64,000 bases of DNA from positions 158,164,001-158,228,000 of the forward strand of contig NC_086097.1 in NCBI RefSeq assembly GCF_963921235.1. Direction: 5' to 3'. Positions 12,752-25,850 of the stretch are shown one piece after another. The number at the start of each line of letters is the position of its first letter. Position 1 is the first letter of the stretch. The stretch is from Mobula hypostoma (lineage: Eukaryota). A program made the position numbers and the translations under genes. Under the pieces are notes generated by a model. That model was not told where the DNA came from, made no database searches, and saw only the letters and a program-made list of their open reading frames with translations.

Positions 12752-14765
12752 AGAATGTGAGACATGGGAGAAGAATTAGGCCATTCAGCCCATTGAGTCT
12801 AATCTGAGATCCCATCATGGCTGATTTATTATCCCTCTCAACCCCATTCTTGCCTTCTCCCTGTAACCTTTGACACCCTGACTAATCAACAACATGTCAA
12901 CCACTGCTTTAAATATACCAGATTACTTGGCTTTCAAAGCCGCCTGTGTCAGTGAATTCCACAGATTCACCACCAATGAGCTAAAGAAATTCCTCCTCAT
13001 CTCTGTCCTAAGGGATGATCCCTTTATTCTGAGTCTTTGCCCTCTGGTCCTAGACTACCCCACTATAGGACACATCCTCTCCATATCTACTCTATCGAGG
13101 CCTTTCATGATTCAATGGGTTTCAATGAGTTGCCCCCCTCATACTTTTAAACTCCAGTAAGTACGTGCTTGAAGCCATCAAATGCTCATATATTAAACCT
13201 TTCATTCTTGGAATCATTCTCATTAACAACCTCCTGGACTCTTTCCAATTCTAACACATCATTTCTCAGTAAATAGGCCCCAAACTGCTCACAGTACTCC
13301 AAGTGCCGACTGACCAATGCCTTATAAAGCTTCAGCGTTATATCCTGGTTTTATTTTCGAGTCCTCTCAAAATGTTCAAAGTTCACAAGATCGAAGTACA
13401 TTTATGACTGAAGTATGTATATGGCGTACAACCTTGAGATTTGGCTTTTTGCAAGCAGCTGTAAATCGAAGAAACACAATAGGACCCATTCAAAGAAAAA
13501 CCCCAAACAACAAGAGCATCAAACACCCAATGCATGGGGGGAAAAGAAGGAAGAAATTGTGCAAATAATAAAAAGTAAACAAATAATATTAACCGTAGTG
13601 TCGCCAAAAATGAATGCTCAGCACTGTGCTAACGGCTGCAGAGTCAGTTCAGCCCTGGAGCGACTCGCTTTAATCGTACCAATAGTAAAAAGAAGTAAAC
13701 AACAAAAATAAAGGAACATGATTTGCAGAGTTTCCAAAGTGAGTCCACAATTGCAGAGCACTTTTGGTGTTGGGGTGAACCCCTCCAGAAGCCTGATGGT
13801 CGCAGGCAGCAGCCACTTCTGATCCAAGTGGCGTGGAACCCTGGACTTCTACATCTTCCACTTGCCGGTAGTAGTGAGAGAGACTGGGCAGAATCGGATA
13901 GCGCTGAACACCTGATTAATTTTCTGATCTTCTCAACAATTCTAATCTTGCTCGATGTTGTGGAGTAATAGAGTCAGACACGGGTTCATGTTCTGCCATT
14001 AGGAATCGACGCAGAATCTCATCTACACCAATTCCCCCAGGAGATCGCTTAAGTGCTAGATTGTATTTCTGGGCCAAAAATACATTATAAAAAGAGAGAT
14101 TACAGGCTGCAATTAATTGCAGCTCAGAAGAAGAGTATCCAGTAGTTTTGTAAACTGTTTGTAGGATGGCGCCGTTGGTCACTGGCGCCATCTTGCCAAA
14201 GGATCTGAAGGCAAATGCTGACATTGCATTTGCTGTCCTTACCACTGACTCAACCTGCAAGTTAACCTTTAGGGAATCCTGCACAAGGAGCCCAAGTCCC
14301 TTTGCACCTCTAATTTCAGAGTTTTAGAAGATAGTCTGTGCCTTTATTCCTTCTACTAGAGTGCATGACCGTAAACATCCCTATACTATATTCCACCGGC
14401 CACATCTTTACCTATTCCTCTAATCCATACAAGTCTTTCTGTAGAATCCCTGCTTCTTCAACACCTCCTGCCCCTCCACCTACCTTTGTATTGTCCACAA
14501 ACTTGGCCACAAAGCTATCAATTCTATCCTCCCAATCATTGACGTTTAATGTGAAAAGAATCGGCCCCAACGCTGACCCCTGCAACATACCTCTAGTCAC
14601 TGGCAACCCATCAGAAAATGCCCCCTTTATTTCCACTCTTTGCCTCCTGCTAGTCAGCCAATCTTCTATCCATGCTGATACCTTTTCCCTAATGCCACAG
14701 GTTCCTATCTTGTCTGGTCTCATTGTGTGTGGCACCTTGTCAAAGGCCTTCTGAAAATCCAAGTA
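12752..14765 (-). mobile_element. CR1 LINE 3' ~1.2 kb, split by an insertion at ~13370-14210
   Basis: Minus ORF 14412-14762 contains DFQKAFDKVPH, GMLQGSALGPILF and KFVDNTKVGG. QDSLKVNLQVESVVRTANAM lies at ~14220-14284. The C-terminus and tail continue at 12752-13368. Confidence 0.85.
13370..14200 (-). mobile_element. Non-autonomous composite retroelement (CAAGATGGCG 5' end, Rex1-like internal segment and tail), copy 1
   Basis: Interrupts a CR1. Both termini are homologous to 19590-20636. Internal 13790-13885 resembles the Rex1 ORF end. Confidence 0.6.
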
Positions 14766-16788
14766 AGCAGCATCTTCTCAGTGACAGGCTTGCTGAAGAT
14801 CTCATTGATAAGTTATATGAAATGGGTCAGATTGTCCAAGGAATTTCTGACTTTTGCTCTCTTGATCTTCAAAGTGTCCTTAACTTCCTTGTCTCTGGGC
14901 TATAGCTACTAGATGCGATTACCTACTTTCCCATTGGATTCGGCACAGAATCCAGTAGTAGAACTCAGGCATGCTAAGTTCAGAGTCAGAATACACGTCC
15001 TGTCTTGTTCAATGGCCAATTTGAGCACAGTCTATTGGCTTGCAAGGTGTTAGCAACTTAAATGGAGAAGGTGAGTGGAGATAGTAATTTGTTTTTTTAT
15101 TTTTATTTTAATTCTGTATTCTTAAATTTACATATATTTAAATTTATTTTTCAAGTGTATTTGCAATCCTTTAAAATTTGTGAATGCTTTGTTAGCAGAT
15201 AGCTGCTGAAAGGCCACCGAGCTCGCCAGGGAAAGTCTTACAATTGGTGCCTGAGGCTTGTCTCCATTCACAGACAACACCACTTCGGGTAAATCAGTGG
15301 AGTTGCAATAGCTTAGTGTAGCCATGGGGATTGTGTCATGAATCGTATGGAGTCAGGGCTCTGAAACAGATGCTGCATCCCACCAAGCCCACACTGACCA
15401 TCGGGTGTCAATGTTTGCACTCAACCTACCCTAAGCCACTAAATTCTTCCCACCACACCTCACAATCTTACCTCTCTTTTACCACCATTCTACACACTAA
15501 GGATAATTTGTAGGGGCCAATTAACCTTTGTGTCTGCATGCCTTTGAATGTGGGAAGACACTAGAGCACCCAAGGGCTCTGCTGCCTAAGAGGCATGACC
15601 TGACCCAGCCAAAACTAAATCAAAGTAGTGATGAGAAACTTGTAAACAAGTGTCATTTTGGCACTGATTGGGGAAATAACTTAGCATCTAGTTAATTATT
15701 ACTTTAAACAGAGATGAGCCCTGTGAATCAAGGGGAGTTTTTCTAAGTGCCCCAGCAAGCATTTCAGTAGCAAGTTTTCTGTGGTTGTTATCCTACTGCC
15801 AGTTGATGAACCAATGGAATCCGCAAATTGCCTGCTGCATCTCCTTCTCACTGACTGCATTTGGGATGTTGGGCTGTGAATGGAATTGTGTGCTTGTTTT
15901 TCTTTCTCTTTTGTGAGCCACGTTGTGAGTTGGCAGCCTTATGTAGGCAGAGTGGGTGGTAGGCTTCCTTCCCTGCAAGACATTACCAAGTTATTTTTTT
16001 ATTGCAGTAAGAGAACGAGTCATAAATTATTAGATTTATTAAATTCAATGTCACAATACTTGGATTGTAGGGTGAGGGCCGCAAAGGCCAGGCCACTGCA
16101 TGTCAGGCTCATTTAAAGAATATTCCTTACCCTCATGTGGCTGTGGTTCCTGTAGCCTTTCATACTATATACGTTCCCTGCTCAAGAAGGAGGACAGTGC
16201 CCTTATCCCAGCGTACTTAAATGAAAATGCATGAAATCTGAAATAGAAAAACAGAAAAAAATGCTGGAAATACTCAGACCTTATGTGGACAGAGAAACAT
16301 AGCTTATACAGTTCTGAAACTGTACTAGATTGGGGATATAGTTCTTCCAACTGAGTTGATTTGTTTTTTTTAAATCCCCATTCAAACTTGGAGAGAAGCT
16401 GCCACAAAAAAATGGATGAGATTATCTCGTGGATGGAAGCCTCGGATAAGATCAGGACGACAGTAATAACCAATTAAAAATGATGCTGACCTACATCTGA
16501 GTTTCCTGTTGCCTGCTACTTTAATTCTCTATCCCATTCCCACCTTGACTTCAATTGATGGCATCCTGGACTGCTGAATGAGGCCTCATCTTCTGTGGAT
16601 ATGTTGCTACCTTTTGACTTACTTGAGAATTTTACCATTTGGGTAACTTGCTTTCTCTCTAAGTATCAGTTGATCATTTGTGAAATTGGTTTAGCTTGTT
16701 GGTTTTCCTTCATTTCTCTCTGGAAGTGAAGGCATACTCAGCCAGACTTTCTGTGCATGAAAAAATGCACAGCAGGAAGACAACTACA

Positions 16789-17360
16789 CAAACACGAGGA
16801 AATCTGCAGATGCTAGAATTTCAAGCAACACACACAAAAATTGCTGGTGAACGCAGCAGGCCAGGTAGCATCTATAGGAAGAGGTACAGTCAACGTTTCG
16901 GGCCGAGACCCTTTGTCAAGACTAACGGAAAGAAGAGATAGTAAGAGATTTGAAAGTGGGAGGGGGAGATCTGAAATGATAGGAGAAGACAGGAGGGGGA
17001 GGGATGGAGCTAAGAGCTGGAAAGTTGATTGGCAAAAGGGATATGAGGCTGGAGAAGGGAGAGGATCATGGGATGGGAGAACTAGGGAGAAAGAAAGGGG
17101 GAGGGGGGATGCCCAGAGGATGGGCAAGGAGTATAGTGAGAGGGACAGAGGGAGAGTAAGGAGAGAGAAGAGAGGGAAAAAAAAAAAAAATCAAATAAAT
17201 ATATAAATAAATAACGGATGGGGTACGAGGGGGAGGTGGGGCATCAGCGGAAGTTAGAGAAGTAAATGTTCATGCCATCAGGTTGGAGGCTACCCAGACG
17301 GAATATTAGGTGTTGTTCCTCCAAGCTGAGTGTGGCCTCATCTTGACAGTAGAGGAGGCC
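16789..17360 (-). mobile_element. Penelope-like element 3' end (GIY-YIG C-terminus plus pLTR)
   Basis: Minus-strand translation of ~17265-17360 is GLLYCQDEATLSLEEQHLIFRLGSLQPDGMNI (PLE GIY-YIG C-terminus). A pyrimidine-rich 3' region and a pLTR with a hammerhead core follow. Confidence 0.85.
16888..16923 (-). ncRNA. Minimal type I hammerhead ribozyme motif (U3/A8 variant, GUU site)
   Basis: Minus strand reads agtc-TTGACAA-a-ggg tctcgg ccc-GAAAC-GTT-gact. Confidence 0.6.
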
Positions 17361-18411
17361 TTGTGTGTGTATGTGTGTTTTTTTTTGGTTTACATTCTCA
17401 ATCTCTAGCTACTTCTTTCATTGACCAAGTTGCCTTGTTTTCAGTTTATTCCTGTGGTTATCCCACTTCTACCCAATCCAAGACATTCTATTCCCTCTCC
17501 CTGCAGCTTAACTAGTTTCTTTTTGTTCCTTGCTAATTCTGAAGTTGGGTCTTCAGTGTGAAATACTATTGCTTCTCTTCCCATGGATGCAGCGTGATCT
17601 ATTGTGTATTTCCGGCATCTTCTGTTTTAATTAATACCTCTAGACGTTCCAACAGGTTATTTTGTGCTATGTGAGTTAATACAAGGTAAATGTTACTCAG
17701 AGGCTTGCATAAATGCATGTCACACAGCTGAGTAATAGAAATAATGACGCAGGCTTGCCTGTAACAATGAATTATTGAGAATGAGATGTGCAAATGATAT
17801 GTTTTAATGCAAATGGCATTGATATAAAGTGAGTGTACTTTCAAAGCACTTAAGCATGAAAGTTTCTCAATGTATTTTTTTTGTTAAAGGAAGGAATAAA
17901 ACATTTTCGTTCACAATGTACTCCACTGCTTTTTGGTGACAGTAAAGTTTTCTTTACCAGCCACGACATTGCCTCCTCTCACTTCTCCCTTCAGGTTTTC
18001 TTTTTTTCCCAGCTCTTTTCTAGAAGTGTTGGCATTTGGGAAAGTTTGTCTTGTGCAAAATCTCTTGAGCTGTGCACGAATAATGCCAGTGCTCTTATTC
18101 TGTGGGTGGACTCAGTATGTATCATCTCACAGAACAACGTGCCCTGAATAGAAATTGGCAGACAGACAGATTCTGTTCAGATGAGTCCCCCTCCTGGTGA
18201 TAATTTCAGGGTTGCCACCAACAGGCAATCTGTGCGAAACTGGAAAGACGTGTAGCCTGAAGGAAATAGGTGCACCTGGGAGAAATCAGCTGAAGAATAG
18301 CAGTGAGTTCCAGATGTTACCCACCATTGTGCAATGCAGTGTGTAACTGATAATATTAAAGGTTTTACTCCATCTCTGCTCAACCCCATGTAAGGGAACA
18401 CTGGGCAGTTA

Positions 18412-18628
18412 GAAATTAGATCTATTCTGAAGATGCCAAGCAAAGAGAAATTATTTGAAAGTGGTTCTCCAACAAAACCAGGGTAGGATTCAGTTAATTG
18501 CCCTGTGCACTAGCTCTGGGAAATCAGATCTATTCTGAAGATGTCAAGCAAAGAGAAATTAATTAAAGGTGGTTCTCCTTCAAAACCAGGGTAGGATCCA
18601 ATTAATTGCCCTTGTGCACTAGTTCTGG
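18412..18628. repeat. Tandem duplication, two ~108-bp units
   Basis: gaaatYagatctattctgaagatgYcaagcaaagagaaatta...caaaaccagggtaggatYca..taattgccc.tgtgcactag.tctgg occurs at 18412-18519 and 18520-18628 with scattered substitutions. Confidence 0.9.
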
Positions 18629-19589
18629 TGTGCACCCACCATTTATGGGGCTCTTGGAAGGTGATCTCAAAATCTCATAATCCTATTGTGTTTTTCTAAC
18701 TGCCTATTTAACTTCTGCATTGTAAGATATCTCATCATTCTTTGAATTTTTGTTTTATAATAGATGGACAGAATCATAGAAAGCTACAGTTCAGGTCAGC
18801 ATTTGGGCTATACTGTTATGTGTTTCCAAATCACAATAATCCCTCACTAGTCTTTATATGGACTTCAAATTTTCTTTTTCTTTGTACTTATCAGAAGTTT
18901 TACATGATCTCTTTCCACCACTCTTTCAGGCCGTCTGTTTACTCTTTTCTTTTCCTTGCACTTTTTCTGATGTTACATTTGATCTGGTGACAGGTGGAAC
19001 GTATCACTTGGCCTATGAAGGGCCTGCAATTTGATCTAACAAAAGAGTGTCTTGGTGTAGGAATATGATGCTGCAATTATGTTTTCTGCTGAATGTACCA
19101 GCTCACAGATGGTTTTGTTTTGGGAGTGAAATTCCCAAATGGGAATTGCAGGAATGGATTGGGAAGAGTTAACTGAAACTGTGCCAGGGAACTAGGATGA
19201 TGGCAACATTAGACTGAGATTATACTTGTGCATTTACTCTTTTTCATGCTGTTAGGATCAACAACCTAACGACTAGTTAGCTTAGCATTCTCTGCAGAGG
19301 CATAAAATGAAAGCATTGAAGAACTGCCATGAAAAACAATAAGAGGTGAAAGAGGTTGCAATGCGGAGATACGAAAATGAAGGTTTGGAAAGGATTCCAA
19401 AGTCTGTTTATTTATCTTTGTGAGAAATAATTGTTGGACGGCAAGACCAGCATGTATTGTGCATTCCTATTTGCAGTTGAACTGAATGGCTTGCTGGGCT
19501 ATTTGGGGGACATTTAAGACCACCACATTTCTAACATAATCGATTTGCATTTGTAGTGATATCAGAGACTAGAACTTTCTGTAAATATT

Positions 19590-20636
19590 CAAAGGTCAAG
19601 TTCAAAGTACATTTATTAAAGTATGCATGCTCCATACAAACTTGAGATTTGTCTTCTTACACGCTGCCACAATACAGAGAAACACAATGAAAAGAACATA
19701 CAATAAACACACAATATGCAAAAAAAAACCCTGAACAAATCATGGAAACAATAAAAAAGTAAACAAATGACGCACAGAATATTAATTGCCGATTCCCTGA
19801 AGCCAGCTCAGTGCCGAGCCGAGTGAAGCCAGCCCAGGAGCCCAGTGGATGCAGGCCACAGTGATGGAGCTGGTCCAGCAGCCCAATGGGTGCAGGCCAC
19901 AGCCCACAGAGCCAGTTCAGCACTGAGGCCAGTGCCGATGATTCTGGCCCCAGCTGCAAAATCAGGTCAGTGTTGAAGTGAATAAACTTTGGAGTAGTGA
20001 GCTGAATACTGTTTTGTCCTCTGCCCTCAGCCTTGATGCCTTGATCACACCGTGCAAATGTTTTTAAAAAAAATGCAAAAACACATGGGGCATGAACTGC
20101 AGAGTCTCCGAATTCGAGTCCAGAGCCACGGAATTCGCTCCGTGCTGAGGTGAGTGAATCTCGTCCAGGAGGCCAATGGCTGCAGGGTGATAACTACTCC
20201 TAAACCTGGTGGCTTAGAACCCAAGACTTGTTCTTCACACTCGATGGTAGTAGCAAGAAGAGAGGGAGGCCAGTCAAAATCAGGCAGACAGTATTGAACT
20301 CCTGTTTTCCTCTCTAGGCCTTGACAATTTTAATCTTGCTCGACACTTTAATTGCTGTCGTAAAGGAGCCAACCCTGGGTTCATCTTTCACCTTCAGACC
20401 TCAGTGCTTCGTCTGACCCCCTTCAGAAGGAGTATGCCTACTAGAGTAAACATGAGATTCTGCAGATGCTGGAAATCCAGAGCAACACACATAAAATGCA
20501 GGTCAGGTAGCATCTATGGAAATGAACAAGCAGTTGATGTTTTGGGCAGAGAGCCTCCCAGGACCATCTACTATGGTATTTAGTAGTTTTGTGAGCTGTC
20601 TGCAAAATGTTGCCTTTGGTTGTTGACGCCATCTTG
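19590..20636 (-). mobile_element. Non-autonomous composite retroelement, copy 2, containing a PLE pLTR insertion at ~20445-20568
   Basis: Shares aagtacatttat...ttgagatttg...agaaacacaat and gtagttttgt...gccatcttg termini with 13370-14200. Rex1-like internal segment at ~20170-20265. Confidence 0.6.
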
Positions 20637-23009
20637 TTTTCATCTTGCTAACATATTGCTGCCCAGAGAACAGTTATTAGCTGACACAATCCTTGTAGCA
20701 CCAAGTATTCATCATAAACAATATTTTAGATGCTACACTGTGAGCCTCCCTTTAAAAATACGCAAATGAGTTGATGCCTTCTGTACTGAGTGTATAAATC
20801 CTTCTGATGTTTTTGGAGCATTGGCTAATTCACAGTTTAATGTTAGTTACAATATCACAGCTGATTCTTCATCCGTTGTGGGATCTGCTTCAGAAACATT
20901 TTCAATCTCCAGGTCCTCACTGCTATGTTCCCAAATGTCATGCATCAGGAGAAGATGATTGATACGAACTTCGTGGTAATTTTTGCAAAGTTTCAATAGA
21001 TCATTTCTAATCCCGTATTCCTCCCTGATCAGATCTCTGACCTGTCAGGAAATCCTAGTCCTTGAACACTACCATGCAGAAAATGGTTTGCTCTGGTGTA
21101 CGGTTTCCATTTCCTCTCCAGCACTTGTTGCTTAAGCTAAACAATATTCAACCTTTAATACATCAGCAGGACAGTGTCCTGCCTAGCAAGGATGTTGCAA
21201 GTCATTGTTTCATAATCATATTTGATTTTCTCTGTAACTTGTTTCATGAATGCCTTCTTTGCATTGCACACTCAGATTTCCCACTTTATGGAAGCTGGTT
21301 GAGAGGGAAAAGTGAAATGGTGCTTTATTGCATAACTTTTAAATTATTCCAACTGAATGGGTCTGATTGATGGACTGTTATCTGATTTTTAAAAAAAATA
21401 TCTTCAGACAAACTGTGCGTGGTGAATTTGGACCCCTGCACTACATGAGCTGACAGCTGTTTCAATTAACTTTTAGTTAATTCAAAGGGCTGTTGGTTAA
21501 TGCCAAAATTGGATTGCTCCTTTTTAAATATTTGCCAATATAAACCCTTTGAAATGGCTGTGCTCACAACTTCCACACCTGATGTGCTGCTTCATGAGTT
21601 TGCTTTTGACATTTTTGACATAATATACATTGACATGCTGGGTCTTTTGTGTCTTTGTCAATGCCAGGCCAATAGATAAATCATTTAGACACTGCCTTAG
21701 TATTTACCTCAAGTATTGTGTCATAGAAATTGTTTCCATTTTTACATTGTTTCCACCTGTCACGTCTTTTGGGATCACTACATCACTTTATGCAACGCCA
21801 GTTGGTAGATAAATTTTAGTGTCTTGTGTTGAAATAGCTTTATCTATCCAGACTGATCTGTATCTAAATCTGTCTGTCTGAAAGATTATTCATTCATGCA
21901 ACTTCAAAGATTGGTCTTTTTGAGTAGTTCCAGATATTCCTATTACAATGATGGATGAAGTTTAAGTACTGTTTGAAGAAAGGAAATTCTCATCTGTTTC
22001 TTGAGCATTCTGTTGTTTCCTTTATTGGCTGCAACCCATTTTCAGCTACTTACAGGCCTAAATAATTTACCCATCTCCTGAATGTCAGCACATTTGCTTT
22101 AAGTTTGACGTTATGCTGGTGCAATCTTCTAAATGGTCCCTTGAGCTTGGGCTGGTCCTCTGACCCTATGCTGCAATTACAAAATCATCCAGACTGCACA
22201 GCAGTACTACATCACAGTAGCATCTTATCCAATGTTACTTCAATATTTTTGTAAAAATTATAAAGATTGTATTTATTGCTGCTGATTTTACACTGTCCAG
22301 TGATGTTTCGTAAAGAATCATAACTTCTTATGGGTATTAATTCTCAGGAAGTTTTGGCTTTTGCACATCTGTGAGTTTTACCAAAGTCATCCCAGAAAAA
22401 CTTGTGTATGACAACTCAGCGAACAAGTCTTGAAATAGAAGCAAAGAGCATTACTTGTCATTTACAGACTTTATTGAAGCTCTCTGAGAACTCTGCAGTG
22501 CCAAATGGATTAGCCTACCTTTACGACCAATATGATGGGTTTCACCTACTCATTTGGTGCCACTTTCACCCAAGCTGGCATTGCACATTTCTATCCAGAT
22601 TTTCAGTGCAAAGAGCATACGTTGTGGTTTGCAATAGATTGCTCCGCTGACCATTTTAAAAGTATATGAGCATTATGCCCCTTGGTCTCTATACCATGAA
22701 TTCTTCGGTATGTCTTCATATTCATGTGATGTGTTTATGCAAAGTATTTTTTTTCAATCCTCTTCGAATCTTTGAACGATTTATTTTTCCTGGCAAGGTC
22801 AGTCTGATAACATGTTATAAGTTTTTGCTTCTGGCCATCCTTAAGGAACACACATTCAATTTCTTCTATTGTTTTTGTTGACTGACCAGACTGTGTTCTT
22901 TAATTTCAAAGTGTTGTCACCGGAGGCACCTGAGTAAACTTCTGATGTTGAGTGTCCTTTCTCATGACAATGATTTGTTGTTCTGTCAATATCAATAATG
23001 CCCTTAATT

Positions 23010-23122
23010 TTGAACACAAGATTCTGTAGATGCAGGAAATCCTGATGCAGGATCTCGGCTCGAAACGCCAACTGTTTGTTCCTGTCCATAGATGTTGCCT
23101 GACCTGCTGAGTTCCTCCAGTA

Positions 23123-23174
<52 letters not shown>

Positions 23175-23207
23175 TGTCTGTCTGTCTGTCTGTGTGTGTG
23201 TGTTGCC
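23010..23207 (+). mobile_element. PLE pLTR remnant whose TGTG run has expanded into a microsatellite
   Basis: cctgatgcaggatctcggctcgaaacgccaac...gacctgctgagttcctccagtattt followed by (TG)n. Confidence 0.7.
23125..23202. repeat. (TG)n/(TCTG)n microsatellite
   Basis: Directly visible in the sequence. Confidence 0.95.
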
Positions 23208-25807
23208 CTTAGTTTTAAAATCATCTTTTTGTCACTACCAGTGGAGTAAATGGTGTCAGGCTGTGTTCCTTGCATTGCTCATCCATCTTGATGTTATGTC
23301 AACCTCTCCTGCAGTTTCAACTACGGTTATTTTCCTTGCATTGGGACTTTGCATGGCTGCCTCTATTTTGTTTCTGTCTAGGCCTGTATGCAAAACCTTT
23401 GTCCCCCGCTTGTAATAATTAAATATGCTACAGCTGTGATCCTGTTGCTATGGAAACACTCGACTGTCAGTTTAGAGTTTCTCACAACAGGTTTTTTTTG
23501 GATTTAATACATATTGCATTTTTACTGGCATAGTGCATTGGTCAAAACGTATTTCCAAAGATGTCACTGTTCTGGGTATTTCTTTTCCTGTTTAATAATA
23601 TTTTGCATGTTTAGTAATTCCAACTGAATGTGTTCAACCACATCCCTAAATGCCCCATAGCTGCAATGCTATGGCTACTTTTCAGGATATCTGTGTAGCC
23701 ACTATACCCCTTTTCCTGCTGACTTTAGGCCACAGAACTTGTAACTTTCCATTAACGATGAAGGATTTTGACAGAAATTTTTACCTCCTACCATGTCAGT
23801 CCCTCCCCACCCACCACAAATAATGCTCAACCCACTGATTTCCTCCTGAAGATAGATTATTTCTCCAGATTACAGCATCTCTGTTGCATCTCTTCATGTT
23901 TTACTTTGAGAGCTCTGCATTGAAATTGCTTTGTGCTTTCTCTAGCATAGTAAAACCTCAATAATCCAGCATGCTTAATTTGAATTGTTGGATGATATTC
24001 TATTAATATCCTGATATACTTTTAATTCACTTTATTTCAGGTGGTACACAGTAGTATAACTTCCTGGTGAGTTGAAAGGGAGCTTGGGAAATGGGTTCAG
24101 AAGTAGAATCAGGTTTATTTTTGACATTTGTCATGAGGTTTGTTTATTTGCAGCCTAATGAATATCGATAAGTACACCAATAAAATAATGAAAAAAGATA
24201 AATAATGAGGTAGTATTTATGGGTTCATAAGCTGTTTAGAAATCTGATGGAGGGGAATAATATTGTTAATAGGACATCAAATATGGGTCTTAAAGCTTCT
24301 GTACCTCTTCCCTGTCAGTAGTAATGTGAAGAAGGCCTATCTTACCAATTCACGCAGAACCTGTAGTGTCCCAATAAGAAAGCCAAGGATCCATTTGCAG
24401 AGTAAGGTTTTGAAGCTTAAAAGAACGTGGCAAACATCACCTTTTTTCCTCTCGATCTTTCAGGAATTCCCACACATTCCAGAGATGCATGGATTGATAG
24501 GTTAGTTGGCTGTGATTAATTCCATTTAGTGATAAAATGGTAGTGTTAGAATTGTGGATAAATTGGGAATATGGGGACAGTAAAGTAGGATTTTTGTAGG
24601 GTTAATCTAAATATGTGTTTGATGTCCATGTGGACTTGTGGGCCAAAAGGTCTGGTTTCCTGTTTTAGAATTCCTGAATTATATGGAATGTAAACTAGAT
24701 GTACTTTTTCCTCAAGATTTTCATAGAACACTTCCCTGTAACATTCTTTTAAATATTTTTGGTGATCAATTAGTTTGGTGCATTTCTTGCATAAAAGCAA
24801 TGAAGTAACAATTAATGTTTGCAAGCAATATTCCTATACCATTGAACCAAAAATGGCAATGAAGGAGAAAATAAAGTTGGCATAACCAGAATCTCAAGAA
24901 CATGATCCTTTCAGATCGGAATATTAAAATAAATAGCTGAGGATAATGCAATTTTACTGGTGCCTAATGTTCCAAAATTTTGCAGATGAAGGGTATACTT
25001 TTAAATGGGGGGAAAGGACGGTAGCCACTGAGATATATATAGTGGGAGAGAAAAATTGAGATAACGGCAGATGATAATTGAATGGTGAAGCACATCAAGG
25101 GACAGCTCCTTGTTCTTGCTGGTGTAACGTGTCACTATTTTAAATGGTTGTCGATAATGCCTGAACACTTCTTCAGATAAGAGAATTGATATGAATGTAG
25201 TGAGACAAATATATGCTGTGATTTGTTAATGTTTTTGTGAAGTTCACAGTTTTGTTAGATGGAGGAGTCTCTTTGTTATCCATACAGATTTCTAAAAAGG
25301 ATATGTAATAAAGCATTACTTAATTTCCATTCTCTTTAGCATTTGTCAGATATAGGGAGTCTTGCACTGGAAATTTAGCATTTGCAATGCAGAAAGAGGC
25401 CATGTATTCCAAACTGCCCAGAGCTGGTAATTACTGTTGTCAGTGGAGTTTGAGGAATAGAAGGTTTGTATCTGTATTACACCATTGTGGTTTTCCCTAG
25501 AACATTTTCCAGCTAAGTGCTTCTGACCTGTAATCACTGCATTACTATAGGAAAAGCAGCAGCCAATATGAACAGAGCAAATTCTTGACAAGAAACTTGT
25601 GATAATGGCCAAATAATCTCTACTAATGATATTGACTCAGGGATAAATTTTGGTTGGCACTGCTACTTTTATGTCAGCGCAGATAAAGGGTCTCAACCCA
25701 AAAGTTGACTGCACATTTCCTCGTATAGATGCTGACTGGCACACTGTGTTCCTTCAGCAGCTTTTTTTTTGCTCCTGATTCCAGTGTCTGTGGTTATTTG
25801 TGTATCT

Positions 25808-25850
25808 CTAATACTTTTATTCTTTACTTCCATTTTGGAAACAGGTAAGT
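25808..25850 (+). promoter_or_regulatory. Candidate recursive splice site (3' splice site immediately followed by 5' splice site)
   Basis: Branchpoint-like ctaat at 25808-25812, an AG-free pyrimidine-rich tract, then acAG|GTAAGT with the junction at 25844/25845. Confidence 0.4.

Noticed and set aside
18412..18628. CRISPR-like array
   Set aside because: Only two long adjacent units, with no spacers and no cas genes, in a eukaryotic context.
23092..23415. ORFs with CVCVCV/THTHTH repeats (also 46087-46413)
   Set aside because: These are translations of (TG)n microsatellites.
23948..24960. Old Tigger-like MITE with TIRs tagtaaaacctcaataatcc / ggataatgcaattttactg
   Set aside because: The TIR match is weak, there is no clean TA duplication, and the interior is filled by other repeat fragments.
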